Shown: positions 1-9,503, counted from the stretch's first letter. The stretch: 27,460 nt of DNA from an uncultured archaeon (GCA_964544205.1 CAZJAE010000001.1:1-27460), one strand, 5' to 3'. The notes: generated by a model not told the origin, from the letters alone. Numbers and translations are program-made.

Positions 1-540
1 CTTGCGCTTGTTATTTGCAGTATTTTAGTGTATCTTGTGATTCGCTCTTCTTCCCCGACTCCTGAGGAGCTTAGGGGGAGGGTTGCTTCCGCAAGGGAGC
101 GGCTTTCAATCGCCGAGCGTAAGTTCATGCGCGGCAAGATAAAGAAGAGCGTTTTTTCTTCGATTGTTGATGAGATTGAGGAGGAGCTTTTGGATGCCGA
201 GCTTTCAATGTTTCGCCTAAAAAAAGCGCCTTCTATCGAGGTGGGGCACAAGGTTGACAAAATCTCCGCTGTGCTTTCCAATCCTACAAAGTTTAGGAGG
301 GCTAAGATTGCCATGATTTTGAGGGAAACTGAGCTTTTGCGCTCCGAAATAGGTCTTCTTGAGGCGAAGTTTCTTAGAAGGGAGATTACTCAAAGTGTGT
401 TTGAAAAGCTTTTAATGAAAAAAGAATCTGCTTTGATTTCAAAGGAGAAGGAGCTTACCGATGTTGTGGTTAGCGCGACTGAGGGAAGGGAAAAGTTCGT
501 GCTTGAGTCAAAGGTTGATGACTCAAAAAAAGCTGATTGA
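1..540 (+). CDS. Membrane-anchored hypothetical protein, 5'-truncated, with two SHOCT-like helical repeats
   Basis: Frame is open from base 1 (LALVICSILVYLVI, end of a TM helix). Two similar segments follow: LSIAERKFMRGKIKKSVF and IGLLEAKFLRREITQSVF. Confidence 0.7.
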   Translation, partial: LALVICSILVYLVIRSSSPTPEELRGRVASARERLSIAERKFMRGKIKKSVFSSIVDEIEEELLDAELSMFRLKKAPSIEVGHKVDKISAVLSNPTKFRRAKIAMILRETELLRSEIGLLEAKFLRREITQSVFEKLLMKKESALISKEKELTDVVVSATEGREKFVLESKVDDSKKAD

Positions 541-562
541 TTTTACAGCGGGCGGTTTTTTT

Positions 563-1471
563 TTAGACAATTATTGTTTCGAATTGTTTTGGAACTATAG
601 TGTTTGTGAATGTTTTTTTAGCTTCTTCAAGTATTTCGTTTTCATCATTGTTTCTTGCGCTGAAGTGAAAGAGCGCAAGTTTTTTGCATTTTGCTTTTTT
701 CGCTATTTCGCAGGCTTCTGTCGCGGTTGTGTGCATTGCTTCTATTGCTTTGTCTTTTTGCGAGTCAAGGAAGGTGGCTTCGTGGATTAGTAGTTCCGCG
801 TCTTTAGCTTCTTTTATTGTCTCGGGAATCGGCCTCGTGTCGGATACAAAAACAATTTTTCTTCCTTCTCTTTTTTTAGTGTAATCCATAACGTCTTTTG
901 GCTTGTATGTTTTTCCATTGACTTTGACGCTTTCTCCTTTCGCAAGTTTTGCGTAGAGGGGTCCCACAGGTATTTTGAGCGCTTCCGCTTTTTTTCTGTT
1001 AAATTCCCCTTCTTTGTCCGCTTCTTTGAACACGAATCCAAAGCATAGTATTTCGTGTTTTAGCGGGAACGCTGTTATTGTAAAGAACTCGTTTTGGATG
1101 AGGGTTCCTTTTTTGGTTTCTTTGTATTCTATTTCAAAGCTTGGGTAAACTACTTCTTTGAGTATTTTTTTTATTTTTTCGCTTCCGCCTTTTGGGCTCC
1201 AGATTGTTAGCTTGTTTTTTCTCTGGTTGAGCGTCATTGTTGATATCCATCCGAATAATCCAAGGAAGTGGTCTGCGTGCATGTGGGATATGAATACGTT
1301 TTCTATTCCCATCAGGGAGTGTTCTGAGTTCATGAGTTGTCTTTGCGTTCCTTCAGGGCAGTCGAATAGAATGTTGTCTCCCCTGTATGCGAGGAGCGCG
1401 CTTGCGAAGTTTTTGTCTTTTTGAGGCACGCTTCCGCTTGTTCCAAGGAATGTTACTTTTATCGGCTCCAT
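563..1471 (-). CDS. rnz: Ribonuclease Z (tRNA 3' endonuclease)
   Basis: VTFLGTSGSVP N-terminus, SHMHADH (HxHxDH), GP-type exosite (IPVGPLYAKL), SDTRP, HEATF and HFSAR motifs. ATG at 1471 is preferred over TTG at 1480. Confidence 0.97.
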   Translation of the reverse strand: MEPIKVTFLGTSGSVPQKDKNFASALLAYRGDNILFDCPEGTQRQLMNSEHSLMGIENVFISHMHADHFLGLFGWISTMTLNQRKNKLTIWSPKGGSEKIKKILKEVVYPSFEIEYKETKKGTLIQNEFFTITAFPLKHEILCFGFVFKEADKEGEFNRKKAEALKIPVGPLYAKLAKGESVKVNGKTYKPKDVMDYTKKREGRKIVFVSDTRPIPETIKEAKDAELLIHEATFLDSQKDKAIEAMHTTATEACEIAKKAKCKKLALFHFSARNNDENEILEEAKKTFTNTIVPKQFETIIV

Positions 1472-1569
1472 ATGTACCAATTTTCCTCTGTCAAGTATAT
1501 AAATTGTATTTTGTGGGCAGGTTTTTAATCAGAAATTGGGTTAATTATTGGGTATTTAGGGGTTATTTT

Positions 1570-3042
1570 TTGGCTTCCTCGAAGCACTTTTTAGATAAAA
1601 AGGCGCAGTCCGCGCTTGAGTTTTTCTTAAATTACGGTTTTTTTATTGTTGTAGTAATTGTGGTTCTCGGCGTAATAATGCTTATTTTGGACCCTACTGG
1701 TTTTGGTATTCTTTCTTCGTCAGAAAAAACCCAGCGTCCTATTGGGGAGGCTGTGGTTCTTGAGGATGTTTTTGTTGATACTGACGGCGATGTTGGTTTT
1801 TCTGTTTTTAACAGGACGAGGGATGATGTTACGATTGTTGGTTTTAGCATTGGGAATGCTGATTATCCTATTGAATCCGGTTCGCCTTCTGTTGTGGCTA
1901 ATACGAGCAAGTCTTTTTACGTTCCGCGTGCGGTTAATTGTCCTACTGGGGCTTGTTCGCTTGGGCAGTTCTCGATTAAGTATGCTTCAAAGTACGGACT
2001 TGAGAGGAGTCTTGACCAGGGGGAAGTGATTATCAGGGAGCCTTCCTCATTGACGCGTTTAAACTTTGCAGGAGATTCTCTTGTGTGCGCGATTAATAAT
2101 GATGTTCGTGTGTGTTCGGAGGGCGGCGGTTCTGGGGTGGATACTAATTGGCAGACTTCTTGGAGCGAGCTTGATTCTAATCTTAAATCCACTTATCTTC
2201 AGACTCAAAACGGGGCTCTTTCTCTTCCGAGTATTTCCGGAAATAGTGGGAAGTATTTGTCCACTAATGGTTCTGCTTTGTCGTGGGAAGAAGTTTTGAG
2301 CGGGGGCGGTTCTGGTTCTGATACTAATTGGCAGACTTCTTGGAGTGATTTTGATTCTAATTTGAATTCTACTTATATTTCAAAAGAGTATAGAAGAGAA
2401 GTTAATTTTTTTGACGAGTTTGACGGAGCGACTACTGGGAATGACTGGACTGCAGTTAATTCAGGGACTGGGGCGGCAGAGTCTTTGCTTGACCCTGTGA
2501 CCAGTTCTGATTATTATGGAGTAATTAGATTTTCTACTGGAACTACTGCTACTGGGAGAGCTGCTCTTATTAGGGGGACGGGTAGTCTTCTTCTCGGCAC
2601 GGGGCAGTTTGTTATAGAGACAAGGGCGCAGTTTCCAACTCTTGCGGCGCTTGGGAATGATTATAGCGCTCAGTTTGGTTTGCATGACGCTGCTGCGAGG
2701 GACGCGGTTGACGGGGTGTATTTTCAATATGACAGGAACACTTATGGGTCTGATATTTTGCGGTGCGTCACTTCGAGCAACAGCACTAGGACTGTTGTTG
2801 TGAGTACTTTTACGGTTAATACTTCTTGGCATACATACAAGATTGTTGTTAATTCGTCAGGAACGCAGGCGGATTTTTACGTTGACGGCTCGATTGTGTG
2901 CGTTAATACTACAAATATTCCTACCGCTGCTTCAAGAGCCACTTCGCCAAGGATTCAGATTGTGAAAAACAGCGGGACTACTGCAAGGGAGCTTAGGGCG
3001 GATTATTGGTATCATGAGTTAGTATTCAATACTGCAAGGTGA
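1570..3042 (+). CDS. Class III signal peptide (type IV pilin-like) protein with repeated stalk and C-terminal beta-sandwich/lectin-like domain
   Basis: KKAQSALEF followed by a long hydrophobic helix. Probable TTG start at 1570 after an AGGGGT SD-like motif. The ORF-track extension to 1387 overlaps rnz and is unlikely to be real. Confidence 0.8.
   Translation: MASSKHFLDKKAQSALEFFLNYGFFIVVVIVVLGVIMLILDPTGFGILSSSEKTQRPIGEAVVLEDVFVDTDGDVGFSVFNRTRDDVTIVGFSIGNADYPIESGSPSVVANTSKSFYVPRAVNCPTGACSLGQFSIKYASKYGLERSLDQGEVIIREPSSLTRLNFAGDSLVCAINNDVRVCSEGGGSGVDTNWQTSWSELDSNLKSTYLQTQNGALSLPSISGNSGKYLSTNGSALSWEEVLSGGGSGSDTNWQTSWSDFDSNLNSTYISKEYRREVNFFDEFDGATTGNDWTAVNSGTGAAESLLDPVTSSDYYGVIRFSTGTTATGRAALIRGTGSLLLGTGQFVIETRAQFPTLAALGNDYSAQFGLHDAAARDAVDGVYFQYDRNTYGSDILRCVTSSNSTRTVVVSTFTVNTSWHTYKIVVNSSGTQADFYVDGSIVCVNTTNIPTAASRATSPRIQIVKNSGTTARELRADYWYHELVFNTAR
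2122..2376 (+). repeat. Intragenic direct repeat of about 75 bp, two copies 180 bp apart (2122-2196 and 2302-2376)
   Basis: Identical 26-bp core gatactaattggcagacttcttggag at 2140-2165 and 2320-2345. Encodes [25 protein letters not shown] twice. Confidence 0.95.
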
Positions 3043-3118
3043 TTTTTGGGGTAGTGATTTTTTCATTGCTTTTGTCCCATTAATTACCTTTTTTAATCCT
3101 TCATTGGAAGTTATTGTT

Positions 3119-5158
3119 ATGGCTAAAAAACTAAAAAGAGTTTCCGCGGTAAAGAAATCCGGCGCAAAAGTGTCAAAAGCGACTTTGTTAGCTAAGGCTA
3201 ATTCTCTTTTGGGTTTTTTTGACCCGAAAAAATTTGATTTTGCGAATTTTAACAACACTTCTCAGATTAGCGTGCCTCAGGGTTTGATTGGGCAGGTTAT
3301 TGGTCAGGAGAAGAGTATTGAGATTATTAGAAAAGCCGCTGCTCAGAAGAGGAATGTTCTTCTAATAGGACTTCCGGGAACTGGAAAGTCTTTGATTGCC
3401 CAGGCAATGAGCGAGATTCTCCCCGTGGGTGTTCTTCAGGATGTTTTGATTTATCCTAACGCTGATGACCCGAATAATCCAAAGGTTAGGGTGATTAAGG
3501 CGGGCGAGGGCAAGAAGGTTCTTGACGCGGCGCACATGGATGCCCGCCAGGTTGAGGATTCGGGGAGGTTTGTTTCGCTTTTGCTTCCTCTCGGTTGGAT
3601 GCTTTTTTCAAGCGTGATTTGGCAGTTGAAGTGGATTAGCGATATTATTTTTGCGGCGCTTCTCTTGATGGGGACTTTGTTCTTGGTTGGAATTGCGGTT
3701 AGCGGTCAGATGCGCTCAAAGGAAACTGTTCTTATTCCAAAGCTTCTTGTGAATAATTTGGGAAAGAAGATTGCTCCTTTTTTTGAAGCTACTGGCGCAA
3801 GAGCCGGCGCGCTTCTTGGCGATGTGAGGCATGATCCTCTTCAGTCCGGCGGTCTTGGAACTCCTCCTCATTTGAGGGTTGAGCCTGGAATGATTCACAG
3901 GGCGAGCGGCGGTGTTTTATTTATTGACGAGATTGCGACTTTGAGTCACAAGTCTCAGCAGGAGCTTCTTACTGCAATGCAGGAAAAAAAATATTCTATC
4001 ACAGGGCAGAGTGAGAATTCGAGCGGGGCAATGACTCGAACCGAGCCTGTTCCGTGCGATTTTGTTTTGGTTGCCGCGGGCAATTATGAGGATTTGAAGA
4101 GGGTTCACCCTGCGTTGAGGTCTAGAATCAGGGGTTATGGTTATGAAGTTTACATGAATGTTGACATGGATGATAATGAGGAGAACAGGGCTCGTCTTGC
4201 CCAGTTTGTCGCTCAGGAAGTTGTTAAGGACGGCAAGATTCCTCACTTTGCGAGGGACGCTGTTGAGGAGATTATTTTTGAGGCGCGAAGGCGCTCCGAG
4301 CATAAGGGCAAGCTTACTCTTAAGCTTCGTGACCTTGGCGGTCTTGTAAGGGCTGCTGGCGATATTGCGAAGGAGAAGGGGCATGACTTGGTTTTGAGGC
4401 AGGATGTGTTTGAGGCTAAGCTTTCAGCAAGGACTCTTGAGAACCAGATTGTTGACAAAATGATTGAAACTAAGAAGGATTATGAAGTTTATTTGACTAA
4501 TGGAAAGATTGTCGGAAGGGTGAATGGTCTTGCTGTGTTTGGTGACGGCAGCGCGGGGAGTATTATTCCTATTGAAGCGGCTGTTACTCCGCCGAGTTCA
4601 AAGAATGAGAGCAAGGTTATTGCGACTGGAAAGCTTGGCGAGATTGCAAAGGAAGCTGTTCAGAATGTGAGTGTTATTTTTAAGAAAATGTCCGGCGAAG
4701 AGTTCCTAAAAGATATTCATATTCAGTTCCTCCAGACTTATGAGGGTGTTGAGGGGGACAGCGCGAGTGTTTCAATAGCTACTGCTGTTATTAGCGCTAC
4801 TCAGAATCTTGCGGTTAAGCAGAGCGTTGCAATGACCGGCTCGCTTAGTGTTCGCGGGGAAGTTCTTCCCGTGGGGGGAGTTTCTTCTAAAGTCGCTGCT
4901 GCGATTAAGGCTGGTTTTAAGGAGATTATTGTTCCTAAGAGCAACTTGAATGATATTGTTGTCCAGAAAGAAGAGCTTGATAAGGTAAAAATAATTCCTG
5001 TTTCAAATCTTGTTCAGGTTCTTGAAGCCGCGCTTGACGAGTCAAAGGAGAAGAAGGCTTTTCTTAAGGGTTTGTTAAAAGCGGTTTACACGAAAGACGA
5101 TTTGGTTATTGACGTAAAGAAGTCCCTCGCCAAGCCTGTTCTTTTAGACAAAGCTTGA
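3119..5158 (+). CDS. lonB: Archaeal membrane-bound ATP-dependent protease LonB
   Basis: Walker A GLPGTGKS, two TM helices inserted in the AAA+ domain, Walker B LFIDE, catalytic Ser in GDSAS and Lys in GGVSSK. ATG at 3119 is preferred over TTG at 3104. Confidence 0.97.
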   Translation: MAKKLKRVSAVKKSGAKVSKATLLAKANSLLGFFDPKKFDFANFNNTSQISVPQGLIGQVIGQEKSIEIIRKAAAQKRNVLLIGLPGTGKSLIAQAMSEILPVGVLQDVLIYPNADDPNNPKVRVIKAGEGKKVLDAAHMDARQVEDSGRFVSLLLPLGWMLFSSVIWQLKWISDIIFAALLLMGTLFLVGIAVSGQMRSKETVLIPKLLVNNLGKKIAPFFEATGARAGALLGDVRHDPLQSGGLGTPPHLRVEPGMIHRASGGVLFIDEIATLSHKSQQELLTAMQEKKYSITGQSENSSGAMTRTEPVPCDFVLVAAGNYEDLKRVHPALRSRIRGYGYEVYMNVDMDDNEENRARLAQFVAQEVVKDGKIPHFARDAVEEIIFEARRRSEHKGKLTLKLRDLGGLVRAAGDIAKEKGHDLVLRQDVFEAKLSARTLENQIVDKMIETKKDYEVYLTNGKIVGRVNGLAVFGDGSAGSIIPIEAAVTPPSSKNESKVIATGKLGEIAKEAVQNVSVIFKKMSGEEFLKDIHIQFLQTYEGVEGDSASVSIATAVISATQNLAVKQSVAMTGSLSVRGEVLPVGGVSSKVAAAIKAGFKEIIVPKSNLNDIVVQKEELDKVKIIPVSNLVQVLEAALDESKEKKAFLKGLLKAVYTKDDLVIDVKKSLAKPVLLDKA

Positions 5159-5204
5159 TTTAGTGTCTGCTTTTTTTTAGCTTTTTCTAATGCTTGATTT
5201 CTCC

Positions 5205-5909
5205 TTATCTCCCCTGCGTGTGCAGGTGCGTTTTGGTTCTAAAATTTCCTTTTCTTTGTGTTGCTGGGATTGTGGCTTCTTTTATAAGTTCAAACTTAGC
5301 GTTTCTTTTTGAGCCGCTTTTTAGGAGGTTTGTCATTGTTTGCGGGTATCTTGTAGCGCATTGTTCTCTCCATGCGCCCATTCCCCTGACTGCCACGCTT
5401 GGCGCGATTTGTATTTTGTTGCGGTAAATCCATTTTTGGACTTCCATAGCGATTGATTCTTTGGTGTATCCGAGATTTTTTCCGCTCGTTGCAAAAAATC
5501 TCCCTGTGTGTATTTCTTTTATCCTCGCTTCAATGTATTTTTCCACGCCTTGTGCTTTTCGCTCTCTTGATGCGCTTTCTTTGTGCATCCGCCGCACTGT
5601 TGAGACCATTCTTTTGACTCCTGCAGTCATTTTTACTGGCGCGCCTTTTTTTGCTTCTTGGTTCATTGCTTTTCTTGTGATAATGTTTTGAGCTTCTCCC
5701 GCGTCGGGAGGGTTTTTCACAAGAACTATTAGCGTTCCTTTTCCGAATTTTCTTATTCTTGGGGCGATTTCGTTTTCAAAGTGGTCTTTTATCTGTGCGG
5801 GTGTTCTTCTGTAGAATTTGTCCGTGTGCGCTATTGATTTTACTGTCGCGGGCCATGCAGGGTGGGTGATGAAGACTATTTCGCTTATTGGCGCTGTGTT
5901 TTGCTGCAT
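5205..5909 (-). CDS. Basic hypothetical protein, possibly a degenerate cysteine-hydrolase-like fold
   Basis: 234-aa ORF with ATG start fills the gap between lonB and DUF373. The fold guess rests only on IVFITHP and GMGAWREQCA. Confidence 0.7.
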   Translation of the reverse strand: MQQNTAPISEIVFITHPAWPATVKSIAHTDKFYRRTPAQIKDHFENEIAPRIRKFGKGTLIVLVKNPPDAGEAQNIITRKAMNQEAKKGAPVKMTAGVKRMVSTVRRMHKESASRERKAQGVEKYIEARIKEIHTGRFFATSGKNLGYTKESIAMEVQKWIYRNKIQIAPSVAVRGMGAWREQCATRYPQTMTNLLKSGSKRNAKFELIKEATIPATQRKGNFRTKTHLHTQGR

Positions 5910-5943
5910 AAATAGAACTTTTTTGCTTTGGCAGTTGATTTTT

Positions 5944-7167
5944 TTATGACATTACTAGTATTCTTCCGTTGCTGATTGTGAATTCGTCTCTTTTCTTTTC
6001 CAATTTTTTCATTGTTTTCGGCTCTTGTATGATTATTACTTGTTTTGTTTTGTTCGCTTCTATTACTTTTCCAAGGTAGTTGCCTTGTTCGTCTATTGCG
6101 TTGAGTCCGACGAATAGTTTTGTCACTCTTTCCCTGATGTCGAATGTTTTTCCTATTCTCATAGCAATTATTAGTATTACAAAGCTCACCATTATGTTTG
6201 CTGGGAGCCATGAGAGTTCTGCTTGTCTTAGGAATACTAAAGTTCCAGCGTCTATTATCGCCCATGCGCATATTATTGCGAGGATTTGCACTATGTGGTC
6301 TCCGAGTTTGTATGCTCTTTTCGCGTATACTGAGTCTGTCGCTCTTCCTGTGATGAGGACTACTGCGCTGAATACCATGAATGGGTATAGTGTTCTTAGC
6401 GCGCTTGCAACGTCAATGCTTACGTCTATGAACTCTGATGACATTAATTGTATGTAAGCTATCCATATTCCGACAAGCGGGAGCAGTACTGCTGCTATGT
6501 ACATCACAAAGCTCATGTATCTTTGTTCTGTTAGGCTGCTTGTAACCATTCTTATGAATGCGAATATTCTGTCTTCTATTCCGAATCCTTTCAATAGCAG
6601 GTATGCTCCTGCTATGAGGGCTATTACTTGTATTGACTGCGAGCCGAGGAAGAAGAATGTTAGTAGGAGTATTCCTGGTACTCCAAGGGCGAGTCTTGCT
6701 ATTCCTGGGTCTTTTAGCGCTTCTTTTATTGTGTAGAATGTTGATTCAACTGCTTGCGCTTGTTTGATTATTACTTGTTCTGTTGAGATTATTTTTGCTC
6801 TTGACTGGAGTATTGGGGTTACTTGCGAGTCTTCCGCCCCGTCTGTTATCATTATCCACCCGTCTATTAGGTATTCTTTTTCGAGTATGTCAAGCTGTCT
6901 GTTTATTTCTTTGTCCGCCGCGAGTCCTATTTTTCCCTCGCCTGTAATTGTGACTATTTCCACGTTTTTGTAGTGTTTTTTTGCTTCTTCGAGTTTTGAG
7001 AGCGCGGCAAACATTGTGTTTGCGTCGCTTTCGCTTGGGTCTGCGAGGATTAGTTTTTGCGCGGCTTCGAGGTTTCTTTCTTTTCCTATTACTGGTCCTC
7101 TAACGTTTGCCTTTCTTCCAAGGTCGTTGTCGCGGTCTACGCATACTACGAATACTTTCTTTTTCAT
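5944..7167 (-). CDS. DUF373-family archaeal membrane protein with C-terminal PRC-barrel-like extension
   Basis: Signature VVCVDRDNDLGRK...GPVIG...ADPSESDAN and DGAED, followed by multiple TM helices. ATG at 7167. Confidence 0.88.
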   Translation of the reverse strand: MKKKVFVVCVDRDNDLGRKANVRGPVIGKERNLEAAQKLILADPSESDANTMFAALSKLEEAKKHYKNVEIVTITGEGKIGLAADKEINRQLDILEKEYLIDGWIMITDGAEDSQVTPILQSRAKIISTEQVIIKQAQAVESTFYTIKEALKDPGIARLALGVPGILLLTFFFLGSQSIQVIALIAGAYLLLKGFGIEDRIFAFIRMVTSSLTEQRYMSFVMYIAAVLLPLVGIWIAYIQLMSSEFIDVSIDVASALRTLYPFMVFSAVVLITGRATDSVYAKRAYKLGDHIVQILAIICAWAIIDAGTLVFLRQAELSWLPANIMVSFVILIIAMRIGKTFDIRERVTKLFVGLNAIDEQGNYLGKVIEANKTKQVIIIQEPKTMKKLEKKRDEFTISNGRILVMS

Positions 7168-7200
7168 CAAAATCAACGCTTTTTTGGGCTATCTATAATA

Positions 7201-7226
7201 ATATATAAGGGCGAAACCTTATATAT
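7201..7226. promoter_or_regulatory. Back-to-back TATA boxes forming a divergent promoter for DUF373 and SPFH
   Basis: Perfect 10-bp inverted repeat ATATATAAGG-gcgaaa-CCTTATATAT between divergent start codons. Confidence 0.65.
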
Positions 7227-7286
7227 AAAAGTGAGTTAAAGTATTTAGCAGATGTGATTTTTTTCGGGTTATAGTAGGTTTTTTTG

Positions 7287-8282
7287 ATGGCTGCTCAGAA
7301 CTTTAGGTTTGTAGTTTTTGGGGTTCTTGTTCTTGCGATTATTGCCGCGATTTATTTCTTGTTCATTGTGCAGGATTTTGTGATTAATAACATTGTCTGG
7401 ATTGCAATTTTGGTGTTTTTCGCCATTGTTGTTTATAAGTATGATTTTATCCTTCAGCTTCTTGATTATCAGCGCGCTGTGATTTATCGTTTTGGTAAGG
7501 TTCACAGGGTTGGTGGTCCTGGATGGACATGGATTTGGCCTATTATTGAGCGTTTTGACCCTGTTGATTTGCGTGTTAAGACTATTGATGTCCCTAAGCA
7601 GAAGGTCATTACTAAGGACAGCGTTGAGGTTACTGTTGATGCGGTTTTGTATCTTAAAGTCAAGAAGGATAATCAGAGTGTTGTGAATTCTGTAATCGAG
7701 GTTGAGGATTATGTGAGCGCTGCTCAGCAGTTCATTACCGCTTCGCTTCGTGATGTTTTGGGTTCCATGGAGCTTAGCGAGGTTGTTTCTAATATTGAAG
7801 TTATTAATGCGAAGATTAGGGAGAATTTGGAGCAGATTTCCAAGAACTGGGGAGTTACTATTGAGTCTATTGAGATTCAGAGCGTTGAGATTCCGCAGAC
7901 TGTGCTTGACGCGATGCATGAGCAGAAGGCCGCTGTTCAGCAGAAGCTTGCGAGGATGGAGAAGGCGCTTGCTCAGAAGGCGGAGATTGATGCGGTTAAG
8001 GAAGCGGCAGCTAATTTGGATGACAAGGCGCTTTCGTATTATTACATTAAGGCTATTGAGAATATGGCTAACAGCAAGGGGAGCAAAGTGTTTTTCCCAA
8101 GCGAGTTTTCAAAGCTTGCCGAGTCTTTTACTCATGTAACTGAGGGTATGAGGAGCGGGAGCGCAAAGGATTCGAAGGCTGAGTATTACAAGACTCTTTT
8201 GAAGGATTATGTGAATAAGTCTGTCAAGAAGTCAAGGGGCGACAGGGAGCCTGTTAGAAAGTTTAAGAAGAAAAAGAAGTAG
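7287..8282 (+). CDS. SPFH/band 7 (stomatin-like) membrane protein
   Basis: N-terminal TM helices, YQRAVIYRFGK, VDLRVKTIDVPKQKVITKDSVEVTVDAV, WGVTIESIEIQ and a coiled-coil C-terminal region. Confidence 0.95.
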   Translation: MAAQNFRFVVFGVLVLAIIAAIYFLFIVQDFVINNIVWIAILVFFAIVVYKYDFILQLLDYQRAVIYRFGKVHRVGGPGWTWIWPIIERFDPVDLRVKTIDVPKQKVITKDSVEVTVDAVLYLKVKKDNQSVVNSVIEVEDYVSAAQQFITASLRDVLGSMELSEVVSNIEVINAKIRENLEQISKNWGVTIESIEIQSVEIPQTVLDAMHEQKAAVQQKLARMEKALAQKAEIDAVKEAAANLDDKALSYYYIKAIENMANSKGSKVFFPSEFSKLAESFTHVTEGMRSGSAKDSKAEYYKTLLKDYVNKSVKKSRGDREPVRKFKKKKK

Positions 8283-8376
8283 TTATTTTACTCCTCTTTT
8301 TTTGAGAGTTTGTCTCTGATTTTTAAAAAAGTGTTTTGTTAAAAAGCCCGAAAAGAACTAAGTGTTTTTTTCGTTT

Positions 8377-8649
8377 TTACTTTAGCTTTTCAACTTCTTT
8401 TTTCAGTTCGCCGAGTTCTTCTTTGAGTGTTTTGATTGCTTCTTCAAGAACTTTTTTCGGGTTTTTTGCTGTTGTTTTGATTACAAATCTTGCTTTTGTG
8501 TCAAGCGGGTGGTCTAGTCTGTATGCGCAGAATTCAACTGCTGTGTCTGCCGAGATTTTTTCTTTCAGCAGGTTTGGTAGTGTGTGTCTTTCTCCTTCTA
8601 TGTAGAATTCTAAATGGTTTTTTTCGTTTGTTATAACTGTTACCTTCAT
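8377..8649 (-). CDS. rpoL: DNA-directed RNA polymerase subunit L (Rpo11)
   Basis: GERHTLPNLL and AYRLDHPL motifs, 90 aa, AGGTGG SD upstream, adjacent to csl4 as in many archaea. Confidence 0.96.
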   Translation of the reverse strand: MKVTVITNEKNHLEFYIEGERHTLPNLLKEKISADTAVEFCAYRLDHPLDTKARFVIKTTAKNPKKVLEEAIKTLKEELGELKKEVEKLK

Positions 8650-8655
8650 TTTTGC

Positions 8656-8693
8656 CCACCTGTAATTATTTCCTTTTAGCTAATTATTATAAA
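8656..8693 (-). promoter_or_regulatory. Putative rpoL promoter and ribosome-binding site
   Basis: On the minus strand, TTTATAAT at 8693-8686 and AGGTGG at 8661-8656 lie upstream of the ATG at 8649. Confidence 0.55.
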
Positions 8694-8732
8694 CTTTCCA
8701 TTTGGCGTTTTAAACGCATTTTAACGGGTTTT

Positions 8733-9503
8733 TTAGCGTCTATCTCTTCCGCCAAAGCTTCTTTGCCCGTCTCTTCTTCCGCCAAATCCTCGGTTTCTGT
8801 TGTCTCGTCCCCCGAATCCTCCGCCAAATCCGCCTTCTCTTCTGGGTCCGCTTCTTCCTCTAAATCCTCCGCCGCCAAATCCCCTGTCTCTTCCGCCTTC
8901 TCTTCTTTCAAATCCTCTGCCGTATCCGCCTTCTCTTGGGGCTCTTGGCTGGTATTCGTCTTCTTTTTCAAACCATTTCCTGTCTTCTACGTTTCCGCAT
9001 GATATGCACATTAGTTTTCCTGCAGAGAATTGCATTTCGCTTCGGCAGTTTGAGCAGTATGCTTTGATTATTCCTAGTCCTTTGCCTTTTGTGCTTAAAT
9101 CCACTCCGAGTTCGCTGTAGCCTACTATCTGGGCTCTTATTATGTCGCCTATTTTTACTGTTTTTTTGAGTTCGTGTATGTATTCGTTTGCCACGTTTCT
9201 TACTGCGAGTTGCGCTATTGTCTGTCCTGTGATTCTTTTTCCATTCTCGGCTTTTAGTAGTGTTATCACAGCGGTTGATTCTTTTACAAGCATTACTTTC
9301 CCGATTACTATGTCCCCGGCTCTTATTTCGTCCACTTTTTTTCCAATTATTCTTGCTTCTTTGTTAGCGTCATCATATTCCGCAACTCCTACTGCTGTTG
9401 CGAGTATTTTTCCTTCTTTTGCGTAAGTGTTTTCTCCGCTCACGTATTCTTCTTCTGTTGCTATGAATTCTCCGGGAATAATTATCCTGTTTTTTTCAGT
9501 CAT
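8733..9503 (-). CDS. csl4: Exosome RNA-binding cap protein Csl4 with RGG/FGG-rich C-terminal tail
   Basis: IIPGEFIATEEEY N-terminal domain, S1 domain (GDIVIGKV...GDIIRA) and Zn ribbon CSNC...CISC. GGTGA SD precedes the ATG at 9503. Confidence 0.95.
   Translation of the reverse strand: MTEKNRIIIPGEFIATEEEYVSGENTYAKEGKILATAVGVAEYDDANKEARIIGKKVDEIRAGDIVIGKVMLVKESTAVITLLKAENGKRITGQTIAQLAVRNVANEYIHELKKTVKIGDIIRAQIVGYSELGVDLSTKGKGLGIIKAYCSNCRSEMQFSAGKLMCISCGNVEDRKWFEKEDEYQPRAPREGGYGRGFERREGGRDRGFGGGGFRGRSGPRREGGFGGGFGGRDNRNRGFGGRRDGQRSFGGRDRR

Noticed and set aside
1387-1569. N-terminal extension of the pilin-like ORF in the track
   Set aside because: It overlaps rnz and the divergent promoter region, and class III leaders are short.
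2122-2376. Direct repeats as a CRISPR array
   Set aside because: Only two copies, in frame inside a CDS, with a long intervening segment and no cas genes.
7269-7919. 216-aa Asn/Ile-rich antisense ORF
   Set aside because: Shadow of the T-rich SPFH codons, with no recognisable motifs.
8687-8971. Acidic 94-aa ORF in an alternative frame over the Csl4 tail, possibly a frameshifted product
   Set aside because: GGA/AGA-rich codons read as Glu/Asp-rich in the shifted frame. There is no SD or convincing slippery site (only five A in a row).
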